Assembly: GCF_001194135.2 (NCBI RefSeq)
Contig: NC_068982.1
Location: 46,660,320-46,724,319 of the forward strand
DNA from: Octopus bimaculoides
Lineage: Eukaryota
Direction of reading: 5' to 3'
DNA: 64,000 nt
Part shown: positions 1 through 11,310 of the stretch, one piece after another
Position numbering within the stretch: position 1 is the stretch's first letter
Layout: each line of letters begins with the position of its first letter
Made by a program: the position numbers and the translations under genes
The notes under the pieces: generated by a model
What the model saw: only the letters and a program-made list of their open reading frames with translations
What the model was told of the DNA's origin: nothing
The model's database searches: none

Positions 1-895
1 TAATACATATATACATATATTTGTGCATACATAAATACATGTGTGTGTGTGTGCTCACAAAAGAAAAGTATTGTTTATGTTGTTTGCCTAGAAAACATAT
101 TTTCTCGTAAAAAAAAAATAAATGTTTTACTTAATGGCTAAAACAAAGGCAGGAAAAAACGCGCATGCTCACACACACACGCACACAAACCGACACGCAC
201 ACAAACCCACACATACAAATGCATACACATACACAAACATATGCACGCACACACACACACATGCGCACACAAATACACAACAAAACTCTTTACAGTGAAA
301 TAAAAGTATCTTCTAAGCTTGGTTAAACCTGTTGATTACAATCGACCCCTGTTGTAAATCCCTGTAATTGCAGATGCTGATTTTGGTTTAGAAAGTAAAA
401 AGAACACAAGAACAAGAAGAAGAAGAAAAAAAATTAATTTGTGCACTAGAATACAGTTGCCATGTCTGTGATTATGCACAAGTGTACAGACACACGCATG
501 TGCGTGCATACATGCACACATACACATACATATGAAGACATCTCAGATTGTCCAAGAAAGGAACCCTCGGCTGACTAAGCCCCTTTCAGAAAGTCTTTGA
601 GCTGATAAAAGGGCTTAGAAACTAAGGCCATCTTTTTTTGTATTGGGAATGAATTGCAAGTGCAGAAGAATTTGTGTGCGAGTGCAGTTGTACTTAGGAA
701 AATAAGGACTCTTTAACTGCATAAATGCAGAAATAGACACTAGCATGGTTGTGTGGTTACGAAGGTTGCTTCCTGACTATGTAGTTTTAGGTTTTAGTCC
801 CAGTGTGTTGTACCTTTGGATAGTGTCTTCTACTGTAGCCATGAGCTAGCCAATGCTTGGAGAAGGGATTCATTTGACTGAAACTGAAAGAGGCT

Positions 896-931
<36 letters not shown>

Positions 932-1083
932 GCGCAGTCGTGGATGTGTGGTAAAACACTTGCTTTCCATTTATATGGTTCCTGGATTAGTCCCACTGCG
1001 TGGCCCCTTGGGCAAGTTTCTTCAACTATAGCATCAAGCCAACCAAAATCTTGCGAGTGGATTTGGTAGACAAAGACAAACAT

Positions 1084-1134
<51 letters not shown>

Positions 1135-1932
1135 TAAATATTAATATTTCTAAGTCTCTCTAAAGGAGACCACAGCAACGGTAAACTATATATATATATA
1201 TATATACACACACACATACTGACATATAAGTATTGTATTAATTGTAGGCTTTTCCATTTTTAATAGAGACATTAAACTCGGCCATTACCTTTGCACCAAC
1301 CTGATATTAGGGTCAATTTGGTTCACTAAATCCTTCAAGATGCCCCAGCATGGCCGCAGTCTAATGATGGAAACAAGCAAATGATAAAAAATAGGTAATG
1401 CAGGTTTTAAAGCATTTCACTTTTGCATCTGATTTGCAGGATTCTTGCTGTGAACTCCTGTGTCAGAACAGACATTATTGTAAATTGGGAAGGTCATCAC
1501 ACACTTCTTATTCTCCGACGCATATATTCTCACTCACTTCCATATAAATATAGAACTCGTAAACTAGGAAAGCGACAGACTTGAATCAAACCTGAAGTAG
1601 ATAGAAAGAGAGCTTGTCATTGATAAGGCCATGAATGGTGATGGAAAGACCCTGACAAACCTAGCCAATTGATTGATTGATTGACTGAATGATTAATCAA
1701 ACAATCAATTTATCAATTGGTTAGATGATTAACCAATTGACTAATAATGATAACAAAGAGGTTAAGACAATTATATTGACCCAGTGCTCAACTGGTACTT
1801 ATTTCATTAACCCTGAAAGGATAAAAGGCAAAGTTGACCTCGGTGGAATATGAACTCAGAATGTAAAGATGAACAATATGCTGCTAAGCATTTTGCTCAG
1901 CATGCTAATAGTTCTCCGAATTCACCACCTGC

Positions 1933-1977
<45 letters not shown>

Positions 1978-2724
1978 TTTTTAACTGCTGCACAAGGTCA
2001 AAGCCTCCCCCACCAAAAACCACCAGAAACACATAATGAAGAAAAGTACAAGTAACTGAAGAATATGTAGTTATGGGGAAGAAACAATAAATCATATCGT
2101 CTCTGGTTGCCAAGCCCTGGCAAAGATGAAATATATCTACAGACATGACAGAGTTAGGACCTATATACACTGGAAGCTATGCTAACACAATGGAATGACA
2201 ACAGAAAAAAAGATGGTATAAGCACACCCCAGAAAAGCTCTCATAAAATGAGAAAGCAACCATACTCTGGGATATGCCAATACACAAAGATAGAGACGTC
2301 AATGCTAATAGACCAGATATAGTTGTCAGAGATCACCAAGATAAATATGCCTTCTAATCGAGATGTCAATCCCAACAGATGATAATGTATCTCTAAAAGT
2401 AATGGAGAAATACAAAGATCTGGAAATTGAGATAACCCAAATGTGGAGCCTAAAAACAGAAACAATCCCTATAATAATAGGTGCATTAGGTATGATTAAA
2501 AAAATTCAGACAAATACACACCAAAACACCAGGACTTAGGAATGTATATAACATACAGAAAATAGCATTTATAGGCACCACGCACATCCTACGTAAAGCA
2601 CTTTCAATACAGTGAAAATATGAGCAACATAGCAAACCACAGCAAACCTAAGGCACACAGAGCTGTTCTCGGTAGTACAGTGAATGCACATGATAAAACT
2701 AAGACTACTAAGTAGTTGTAGTAA

Positions 2725-2756
<32 letters not shown>

Positions 2757-2757
2757 A
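1978..2757 (+). mobile_element. R4/Dong-clade non-LTR retrotransposon, 5'-truncated and decayed
   Basis: EETINHIVSGCQALAK..YIYRHD (CCHC knuckle) then KATILWDMPIH...NANRPDIVVRD (REL endonuclease) with stops. Preceded by (TAA)n 1935-1977 and ends in (TAG)n. Confidence 0.85.
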
Positions 2758-3401
2758 AAGAAGTGAAGTAGAACCAGTGTGTGGGCATGTTTATTATTGG
2801 CATAATGACCCTCCCAAGATGCGACAAAACTCTTATAGTATTAGTACAAAGGAAAGAGGTAGTGTGATTACAACTGGACTGTTTTTACTCATAAGTCAGT
2901 TTGACCAGTGTGGCTTGAGGGTTAAAAAACACCAGTTATGAAAAGCATGAAACAATCTGAATTAAACATTAATCACTGTATACTGACACACAGGTATCCC
3001 AACCTTCCCCACTGTACAAAAGGGTTAAAATTACCACCCTCTCACCTCATTAACAGCATATCCTCTCTATATAATTAAGAAAACAATAGGTTAATGTTTG
3101 CTTTGTTGCTATAGTGATTTAGGCTTTCTTCTTCGAGATTCATAAATAAACTTCCAACTGTTGCCAAAAAACACAATTAGTTTGTTAATTGAATATAAAT
3201 ATAATTAGTTAATGACTGCATGGCTGCTAAGGGCTGGCGTTTAAGTAATTGACTCGTGGATGATGATGGTATGACAATTAATTTATTGATTTATGCCAGA
3301 AACCATACTGGTGCATGTCAGCTGATAACGGGGAAAAAAAGGGCAAATAATAGACAATAGACATAATGATTACATGCGTGTGTGTGTATGTGTGTGTGTA
3401 T

Positions 3402-3446
<45 letters not shown>

Positions 3447-4230
3447 CGCAGGGCGTTTGCACTAAGTTTTATGATATTTTTATAACCCCCTCCCTTTCTT
3501 AGGAACAGCCTGATGTATTGGTGAACAGTCAGTAGCATTGAAGAGCATAAAGATTAAATTTGTAACTGTGAAAAAGTTAACTGACATGATGGCATTGGAA
3601 GCTGTCTGAATATTGGAAAATAGTTACCTGTATCATCGGCATTCACACCAGGTATCAAAATGCTGATGGTTGCTCAAAGTTCTGTGAACACTGAAAAGGC
3701 TATAAGACGTGACATAGACACCTGCAACAGAGACTACAAAGCCATAGCCAGAAGGAAGGGACAAAGTAGATGTTCTAACTGCATCCACATGCCAGAATAC
3801 ATCCAACAAGGCCTTAAGCTCAATTTAGATGTAGTTGTCGGAAAATTTCTATCATTTCACCAGCCACAATTTCTGGGTTTCTGTTCCTCTGATTGTAATC
3901 CCATGGATTAGTATGTGTGGGACACAGTTGAGAAAGTCACCAACTACTCTGTCTGCAACACCAAGACCAAGCTGGTGGCTAAGATCAAGGAGGTGTTCAA
4001 AGATTTTCCCAAGAAGACAGTAATGAGTGCATGCACCAGGTTCCAGAGCTGTCTTGTAGCTGTGATGAAAGGTGAGGGTGGCTAATTTGAGTAAACACTC
4101 AGTTATCACTCACCCATAATCCAGTTGATACTTTTTTTTAAATATTTATAATACTTTTACTTTTTGGATGGGTTACTGTGTTTTATTTTCCTTTTATGCA
4201 AACTGTCAAATTGAGCCTCAACTCCCTACA
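3447..4230 (+). mobile_element. Internally deleted Tc1/mariner (maT/DD37D-like) transposon
   Basis: Decayed frame ...SDCNPMD*YVWDTVEKVTNYSVCNTKTKLVAKIKEVFKDFPKKTVMSACTRFQSCLVAVMKGEGG resembles the SPDLNPLDY.VW...ACxRF transposase C-terminus. Imperfect TIRs (cgcagggcgtt / aactccctaca) flanked by TA. Confidence 0.75.
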
Positions 4231-4469
4231 TAAATGTATATATATATACATATATACTGCAAGAGAGTTAGGGGTTGAGGATTCAACCCACTAAGGGATA
4301 GTAACTATCCAATATACTGCTGGGAGGGTACCCAATTATTGTTACACTAGTGTTATACCAAGTGTAATAAGTGGGTGTGGGTAAAAGGGGGTTATTTTAC
4401 CCTAAATTTATATAGCAATAAGAAAATGGAGGAGAATATGCGGTATCCATCAACTTGCAGACAGTGTAT

Positions 4470-4905
4470 TCCATTGAATTAATTTGCTTATTTTGCAACT
4501 AAAATGACAAAAACCACAATATACAGATGCTTATGACATAACATGTCATATTAACAATTAAGGTCACAAATGTAAAGTACATTTAGCAATTGGAGAATAT
4601 ACAGAAACTTACAGCTGTTTCGGCCTAGCGTTGGCATGCCCCATTCTATCCCTATATCTCCTGCGTGCCGGAGTAATTAGCAAATGAAAATGATGTAATG
4701 GGAGTACATGCATGATTCGCTAGGCCTCTTCAGAGATTCACAAAATTCAATACAAATATAAAATAAAAAATAAAAAATAAAAATAAAAATAAAAATAAGA
4801 ATAAAGTAAAAATTAAAATAAAGGAAAAATGAAAATATAAAAATATAAGGCACATAAAAAGCCTACAAACAACCATATAAAAATAGTTTTAAACACTCCA
4901 ATATA
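4470..4905 (-). mobile_element. Probable Penelope-like element terminal-repeat fragment carrying the hammerhead
   Basis: The hammerhead sits in T-rich sequence (minus strand) with no ORF. Minimal hammerheads with palindromic stem III are characteristic of Penelope-like LTRs. Boundaries approximate. Confidence 0.5.
4604..4739 (-). ncRNA. Type I hammerhead ribozyme (Penelope-LTR type, palindromic stem III)
   Basis: Minus strand: gaatct-CTGAAGA-GGCCTAGCG-(87 nt)-CGCTAGGCC-GAAA-CAGCTG-TA-agtttc. Intact CUGANGA and GAAA core, perfect 9-bp stem II closed by G-C, GUA cleavage triplet, stem I 5/6 paired. Confidence 0.72.
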
Positions 4906-5130
4906 CATGCCTGTGCCTGTGTACATAACCATACTTAGATATCTATGGATACAAAAGCATATACAGATGAGTACATATGTGTGTCCAGATGTACGTCAAC
5001 AGTCACTGCCACCACATTTGAGGGGGAAATATACATATATATATCTATCCTCTCACACATACATATATATATCTATCCTCTCACACGTACATACATACAT
5101 ATATGTAAACACAAATATTCCCATCGTATG

Positions 5131-5295
5131 AATACTTCCTGGAATGTTCCAAGGATGGGACTTCCTGGAAAGTTTCGGGGGATGGTATTTCCTGGAAAGT
5201 TCCGAGACTGGTACTTCCTAGAAAGTTCCGAAGGTGAAGCTTCCTGGAAAGTCCTGAGGTTTTCCTGCAAAGTTCCGAGCTCTTCCTGGAAAAGT
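5131..5295. repeat. Seven-unit degenerate tandem repeat, core cttcctggaaagttcc, period 21-27 nt
   Basis: TTCCTGGAA at 5136, 5162, 5189, 5241 and 5283; TTCCTAGAA at 5215; TTCCTGCAA at 5262; variable short spacers. Confidence 0.9.
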
Positions 5296-6197
5296 GCATA
5301 TGTAAGTGCAAGCATGGTTCTGTAGTAAGAAGCTTGCTTCCAAAATACATGGTTCTGGGTTCATTCCCCCTGTGTGGCACCTTGGGCAAGTGTCTTCTAC
5401 AACAGTCTTGGGCCAACCAAAGCCTTGTGAGTGGATTTGGCAGGCAGAGACATACACACATACATATATACTTACACACATATATNNNNNNNNNNNNNNN
5501 NNNNNNNNNNNNNNNNNNNNNNNNNNNNNNNNNNNNNNNNNNNNNNNNNNNNNNNNNNNNNNNNNNNNNNNNNNNNNNNNNNNNNNNTATATATATACAC
5601 ATATACATATATATGTGTGTATGTATATAGGTGGAGGCACAATGGCCCAGTGGTTAGGGCAGTGGACTAGTGGTCATAGGATCGCGGTTTCAAATCCCAG
5701 ACCAGGCGTTGTGAGTGTTTATTGAGCGAAAACACCTAAAGCTCCACGAGGCTCCGGTAGGGGGTGGTGGTGAACCCTGCTGTACTCTTTCACCACAACT
5801 ATTTCTCACTCTGTGTATATGTATATATCTCTGTGTGTGTCTTTGTATCTGCGTTTGTCTCATCACTGCTTGACAACCGGTGTTGGTGTGTTTATGTCAC
5901 TGTAACTAAGCAGTTTGGCAAAAGACACCAATAGAATAAGTAATAAGTACTAGGCTTAAAAATAACAGTCCTGGTGTCGATTTGTTCAACTAAAAACCCT
6001 TCAAGGCAGTGCTCCAGCATGGCCACAGTCAAATGACTCATAGAAGTAAAAGAATATGTATATATATATATATGTATATATACACATTTATGTATGCATT
6101 TCTCATGTCTTCTTTTTGTACAATTCCACAATGTTACAGCATGCTTTTATCATGCTGCATACTTTATAGTACCTAGTGTCTCCTATACAATGCACTA

Positions 6198-6203
6198 TTT
6201 ATT
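6198..6203 (-). terminator. Candidate poly(A) signal AATAAA
   Basis: Plus-strand tttatt about 290 nt after the tentative stop at 6494; common by chance in AT-rich DNA. Confidence 0.22.
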
Positions 6204-6493
6204 ATACAATCAATACAGAATACTTCTGATCCTTAATAATTTCATTTCCTGAGTAAGCATTGTCACTGTTTTGCAAATGTAAGCACTTCCATCATCACAT
6301 TTCACAAGGTAAGCACTTTCACTTTCTTAGGTAACAGGTAGAAAGACAACAAGAAAAGCTATTCCAGTTTCTTGTTATCTTCTATCATCGTGTAATTCTT
6401 TTGCACTGCAAATTTTACTCTCAAGATAGAACACTGAGCTGGTATTGACAGATTAGTCTCAGCATAAATTTTGAATGAAAAGGAAGATAGTTA

Positions 6494-6561
6494 CTACATG
6501 AAATTGTGAAGAAATTTGATATACTGGCCCTGTTGCATTGACATATCCTCACTCACTTGCA
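6494..6561 (-). CDS. Tentative terminal coding exon of the TTLL6/13-like gene
   Basis: Acceptor ccattctcag|TG. In phase 1 reads (V)QVSEDMSMQQGQYIKFLHNFM-TAG; the other two frames stop within 4 codons. Followed by about 300 nt of unique sequence and an AATAAA. No homology support. Confidence 0.3.
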
Positions 6562-6689
6562 CTGAGAATGGATCATATCAAAACAAATTTCAGAACAGTT
6601 TCAGGAAAAGAATTACAGAGATGTACTTGCATAGCAAGTGACCTGATCTGAGACCGTGTGCTGGAACAAAAACGGAATTTCAAAAACAT

Positions 6690-6976
6690 CAACAGAGTAT
6701 TTTTGTATGTAAGTATATGAGCAAATTTGTTTATTTTGTTTTATGTATGCTTTCTCATGCATATAGCTGCATGTCTATCTATCTGTCTGTCTGTCTGTCT
6801 ATCTATCTATGCATGCATGCATGCATATATGTATGTGTGTATGTCATTATTCAGTTTATTTCAAGATTTCTTGTCAATAGAGAAAGAACTGGTTTCTAAC
6901 CTAGATCCAAGGTTCCTTCATTGGAATTTCAATATCAACAACAGGGTATTTTTGTATGTATGTATGTATGTATGTA

Positions 6977-7009
<33 letters not shown>

Positions 7010-7196
7010 ATGCATGCATGTATGTATGTATGTGCAGATTTGTATGTTTTATGTGTGTATTCTCATGCATAGAGTTACATATCTAGACATGCTCATACAT
7101 ATGTATGTATGTATGTATATGTGCAAGTTTTGTATGTTTTGTTTTATGTATGCATTCTCATGCATATAATTGCATATCCAGACATGCTCATATATA
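6690..7196. repeat. Three diverged copies of a ~70-nt unit separated by TATG/TG microsatellites (probable 3' UTR of the R4-like element)
   Basis: Unit like gcaa.tttgt..gttttatgtatgcattctcatgcata.a..tgcat.tcta at about 6720, 7033 and 7124; aaca.agtatttttgtatgta occurs near both 6690 and 6940. Confidence 0.6.
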
Positions 7197-8925
7197 TTTA
7201 AATGATAGACTTCTGGAAAGCTTTATAGATATTTACAGTTCCAATGATGGATTGGATCTGTAGTCTTCGAATTAGCCTTCTCTTTTCTGGTTTTGAGAAG
7301 TCTAATTTCTCAAGATTGGTTTTTAGGCAGTGTGTTACATATCCCAGAGCCGCAATAATTACAGGTATAAAACTGAACTAGTAATCTGGATATCTCAATA
7401 GCTCAGTATAGATATTCTCTCTTTCACTGATCTTCAGCTTTATGTTAACATCTGCTGGGCAGCTAATTTCCACAAATGTACACAGCTTCTCTTCTCTATC
7501 TCAAATCATTATATCAAGTCTTTTGTGCCTACATTTTATTGAGGTCTACACTGGGATATTCCACCAGTACTCCTTTTTTATTATGAGTGTCTATGGCTTC
7601 TACCATACTGTGGGTTCTTATTTCTTTGTCCTCAGGGTTACCCTTCTGACAGATTTCATTATAGAGTGCCCTAGCTATGACATCATGTTTCATGGGTAGA
7701 TGATACCGTGATTGACATTTATTGAACAACTGCTTATGATGTGAATGATATTTTCAGTGTTAACTCCACAGAGTCTGCATCAGTTGTCACATTTTATTGC
7801 TTTTCCTGCATCTCTATTTCTTTTGTGCACCAGGTATTTGGTGGATATTTCCTGTTCTTGGATTGCACACACATACCCTTCAAAGTGAGAGGTAGTAATC
7901 TGGCTATTGGTCTATGATAGACTGCTTTAGTGATCAATGTTACCATCATCTTGGAGCTTTCCACTAACATATGCATACATAGTCCTCTGCTCATATAGGC
8001 TCATCCTTTCATCTGATGATACGTTGTAGAAGAGTCGTGCGACTTTGTTGGGCATGTATTTAAGGTTATCAGACAAGGAATATTGCTCAAGGAGCTGCCT
8101 TCCAAATCTTATAATCTTATCAGCCTCATGTATGCAGACTTGATCAAGCGATGCATTTCAACACTTGGTGGTTAAAAGATGTTGCCAAAGGGAAATAATA
8201 CAATATTCAAAGGCATATTGGATCAATGTTAAACCTCTGCCAACTTGTTTTCGTTTTAGGTAGAGGTGGTCTACATCACTGTTTATGTGGAAACTGTGCT
8301 TGTTAGTATTTTTCAGGTTTTCACATCAATAGCTTAGATCTCATCAAGCATCCAATCAAGCAGCCCAAATGTTGGTATGAGTACTGGTACTGCAAACACA
8401 TTGTAAGCCACTGTTTCATTGAATGCAGTGAGTTCTGAGGCCCAAATTTTCTTTATTCGGTTCTAATATCTTTTAGTGACACGTATTTTATTAAAGGTGC
8501 CATTGTAAGATATGTTTTCATCCACTTCTAGATATCTGTAACATTCCTCGTCAGATACAGGGGAAACAGTCAAATCATTGATGGAGATGTTGCTCATCTG
8601 GTTTATAGTTTTCCCCATTTTCACAACCATATAACAAACTCCAACCCTACATCCTTTGAGAATGTTGTATCTAGGTCATGTATGTATGTATATTATCAAG
8701 TTCACTCAGCCCTAGTTTTTTTTCACAAAGATAATTCAATGTTTGGCATGCCAGATGTCTAAGATAAGAATGGAGAAGAATAAACGTGGTTGTGGAGCAT
8801 CCTTGACAAGTTTCCACCTTAATCAGCTGGAGTTCATAATTGCCAACTTTGCTTCCATGAGAAATTGCATAAATACAACAAGAGCCTAAAATATCCATTA
8901 ACAAGTAAACCAATTTATCAGATTA
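7197..8925 (-). mobile_element. R4/Dong-like non-LTR retrotransposon (second family), decayed RT-to-C-terminus fragment
   Basis: Decayed frames YRYLEVDENISYNGTFNKIRVTKRY*NRIKKIWASELTAFN...AVPVLIPTFGLLDW, VGRGLTLIQ and HDVIARALYNEIC, ending RRLQIQSIIGTVNIYKAFQKSII*. Confidence 0.8.
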
Positions 8926-9901
8926 TTACCACAAAAAAAAAAAAAAAAAAAAAATGAATGAATAAGTGACATGCTAATGAACTTCAAATTATTGGTTACT
9001 TATACTTGGAAAAGGCCATCTTAATCTCGAAGCCCTTATGCATTTGCAAGGTGGAGCAAACAAGAAAATATGGTTAACTTCAACATGTGATCTGAACTGA
9101 CCAATGGAACACCCCACTCACCTCCTCTGCAAATATTCTCATCACTCTCCAGCTCCACACACCCACCCTCTCTTGTAAAATGTGAGTAGTCATATAACCC
9201 CCTCCACAGCAAGAAATCTGATCTGCTCCAGCCCTTTTCTCTCATACCTTATCCTCCACAAAATAGACATTGGAGTATGAGGCAATCCTAGATCCTATTG
9301 GATTCTGGCAAACTGTCCAGCCTATGCCAGCAATGAACATGCATGTTTTGTTGATTAGGGAGAGAGGGATTTAAGAAGGGAGGAAGGAAGGATTAATGAA
9401 TGATGAGTGGGTGGGTGGATGGATGGATGGATGGATGGATGGATGGATGGATGGACGGACGGATGGATGAATATGTATATTTGTGTCTTTCTTTATGTTT
9501 GTCCTCACAACCACTTGACATCAGGTGTTTATTTGTTTACATCCCTGGAATTTACCAGTTCAAGAAAAGAATCTGACAGAATAAGTATCAGACTATAAAA
9601 AAATAAGTGATGGGGTCAATTTGTTTAATAAAACCCTTCAAAATGGTGTCCCAGTATGGCTGCAGTCCAATGACTTAAACAAGTATAAGATAAAGGATAA
9701 ATTGGGAAACTGAATAAAAAAGATAATCTATGGAAGGTCATATGGAAGTAAATTACATATTAGGCATAATTTCTATTGAGGTCTTATATATTTGAGATTC
9801 TAACATCACCAGAAAACTTGAGTTTTATGGAAGATCCAAAGTACTATATGTTTCAGACACCAACCAATCTAGGGCACAATATGTGTCTGTGAGAGATTTA
9901 A

Positions 9902-10298
9902 CCCTTTAGCATTTAAACCAGCCATATCAGGCCCAAATATTCTACCTGTTTTATGTTCAAAATGGCCATGTACAACTTCTCACATCTACTCTATAATGCT
10001 GCACATGTGTACAACCTTGAAATGTTTAGCATATTCTATTGTATAATTTGTACAAATGAAAAACAAAAAAAAAAAAAGAGAAAGAAAAACTCCCAGTGCC
10101 TCAATTGGTCGTACCCTACAAGGTTCAATGGAACCTACGGAAGCAAGCCAACACGCTTGCAGCATTACCACAATGTCATTGTATAAATGAAGAATCACAT
10201 CATTGGGATCTCATAGCTACAAGATAATGCATGATTATTTCAAAGCATTGCAAATAAATTAGCATTATGTTTGACAGAGTAATCTGAATGCTAAAGAG
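9902..10298. mobile_element. piggyBac-type MITE with a 174-bp nested insertion
   Basis: TTAA at 9898-9901 and 10299-10302; termini ccctttagcattt / aatgctaaagag. Extra segment 9994-10167 is absent from other copies. Confidence 0.8.
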
Positions 10299-10326
10299 TT
10301 AAAGAGAACAAAATTATAAATCATAC

Positions 10327-10618
10327 CTACCACTATTTTATTTACTGTACCAAACATATTGAAATAATGTTGTCTTGGTTTTGGATGACAGCTATAAAAT
10401 GTATTGCAGTTGTTAGCCACAGCTACTTGTTGATCTTCAATTGGCAAGGTGCTGGATGAGGAAAAATTTCCAAAGTTATTGATAAATAAGTTTGTAGTCC
10501 CAGGATGAATACTAGTAGTGATTTGATGCATCTCACCAGTACGGCTAAATTGATAGTTATTGCCATGTACTAAGCTGCTTGAACTGTTGCCACTTGTTAA
10601 AGGCACTGGTGGTTTTAC
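10327..10618 (-). CDS. TTLL6: Probable TTLL6/13 low-complexity tail exon (Ser/Asn/Thr-rich)
   Basis: Open frame VKPPVPLTSGNSSSSLVHGNN...NKIVV(G) starts in phase 0 after tttatatttcag, compatible with the previous exon. Best donor GTAG|gtatga, with alternative GT donors nearby. No recognisable homology. Confidence 0.62.
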
Positions 10619-10634
10619 CTGAAATATAAATAGG

Positions 10635-11310
10635 ATATAAATGGGAGACAGGGTGGATGTAAGTGGTGGATGTGAAGCAGCTGTGACAGCAAGAGCGAGA
10701 CTTAGTTGGGTTAAGTTCAGGGAATGTGGAGCAATGTTATATGGGAAAAGGTTCTCAGTGAAGATGAAAGGAAGAGTTTATAAGAGTTGTATGAGAGCTG
10801 CAATGTTGTATGGGAATGAGACATGGTGTCTGAGGGAGAGAGAGATGGTAATTTTGAGAAGGGCTGAGAGAGCAATGGTGAGAGAAATGTGTGGGGCGAA
10901 GCTGTTTGATAAGAGTAGGACTGAGGATTTGATGGGAATGCTGGGGTTGGAGGGATCGGTGGATTGACTGGCAAGGGCAAATGGAGTAAAGTAGTATGGG
11001 CATGTGTTGAGGAGGGATGAAGAACATGTTCTGAGGAGGATGATTGTGCTTGAGGTAAATGGAGCGCGAAAGCAAGATAGAGCAAGGGAAAGGTGGACGG
11101 GACAGGTGGAAGACGAGATTGTGAGGGTTGGTTTGAGAAAGGAGGACACCCCAAACTGGACATGATGGCAAGATGGTGAGACGGTGGTGGCTATGGCATT
11201 AAGGTAGATCTGGCCACTTCCATTAACGGGGACAAAACCCGGATTTAAAACACTGGATGATGATGATGATGATGATGATGATAATGATGATGATGATGAA
11301 GATGATGATA
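10635..11310 (+). mobile_element. RTE-clade LINE 3' end with (GAT)n tail
   Basis: GDRVDVSGGCEAAVTARARLSWVKFRECGAMLYGKRFSVKMKGRVYKSCMRAAMLYGNETW...YGHVLRRDEEHVLRR, the typical RTE post-RT region with stops; ends ggacaaaacccggatt then (GAT)n. Confidence 0.92.

Noticed and set aside
895-1217. Recurrent short ORFs such as YIYIYI, CVCVCV, HTHTHT and QIHSQGFG...EDTCPRC, here and throughout
   Set aside because: Dinucleotide microsatellites and frames of family A SINEs.
1730-1760. Hairpin caattggtta/taaccaattg near 1710-1740
   Set aside because: Lies within a decayed (ATTG)n microsatellite where such symmetry is expected.
4257-4460. MITE with CTGCAAG termini
   Set aside because: Only 7 bp of inverted match and no TSD.
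5131-5295. Repeat-spacer pattern as a CRISPR array
   Set aside because: Core only ~16 nt, spacers ~5-11 nt and related to each other, no cas genes, eukaryotic context.
7415-7440. Second hammerhead (CTGAAGA-tcagt-GAAA on the minus strand)
   Set aside because: No stem II pairing is possible, and it lies in the coding frame of the R4-like element.
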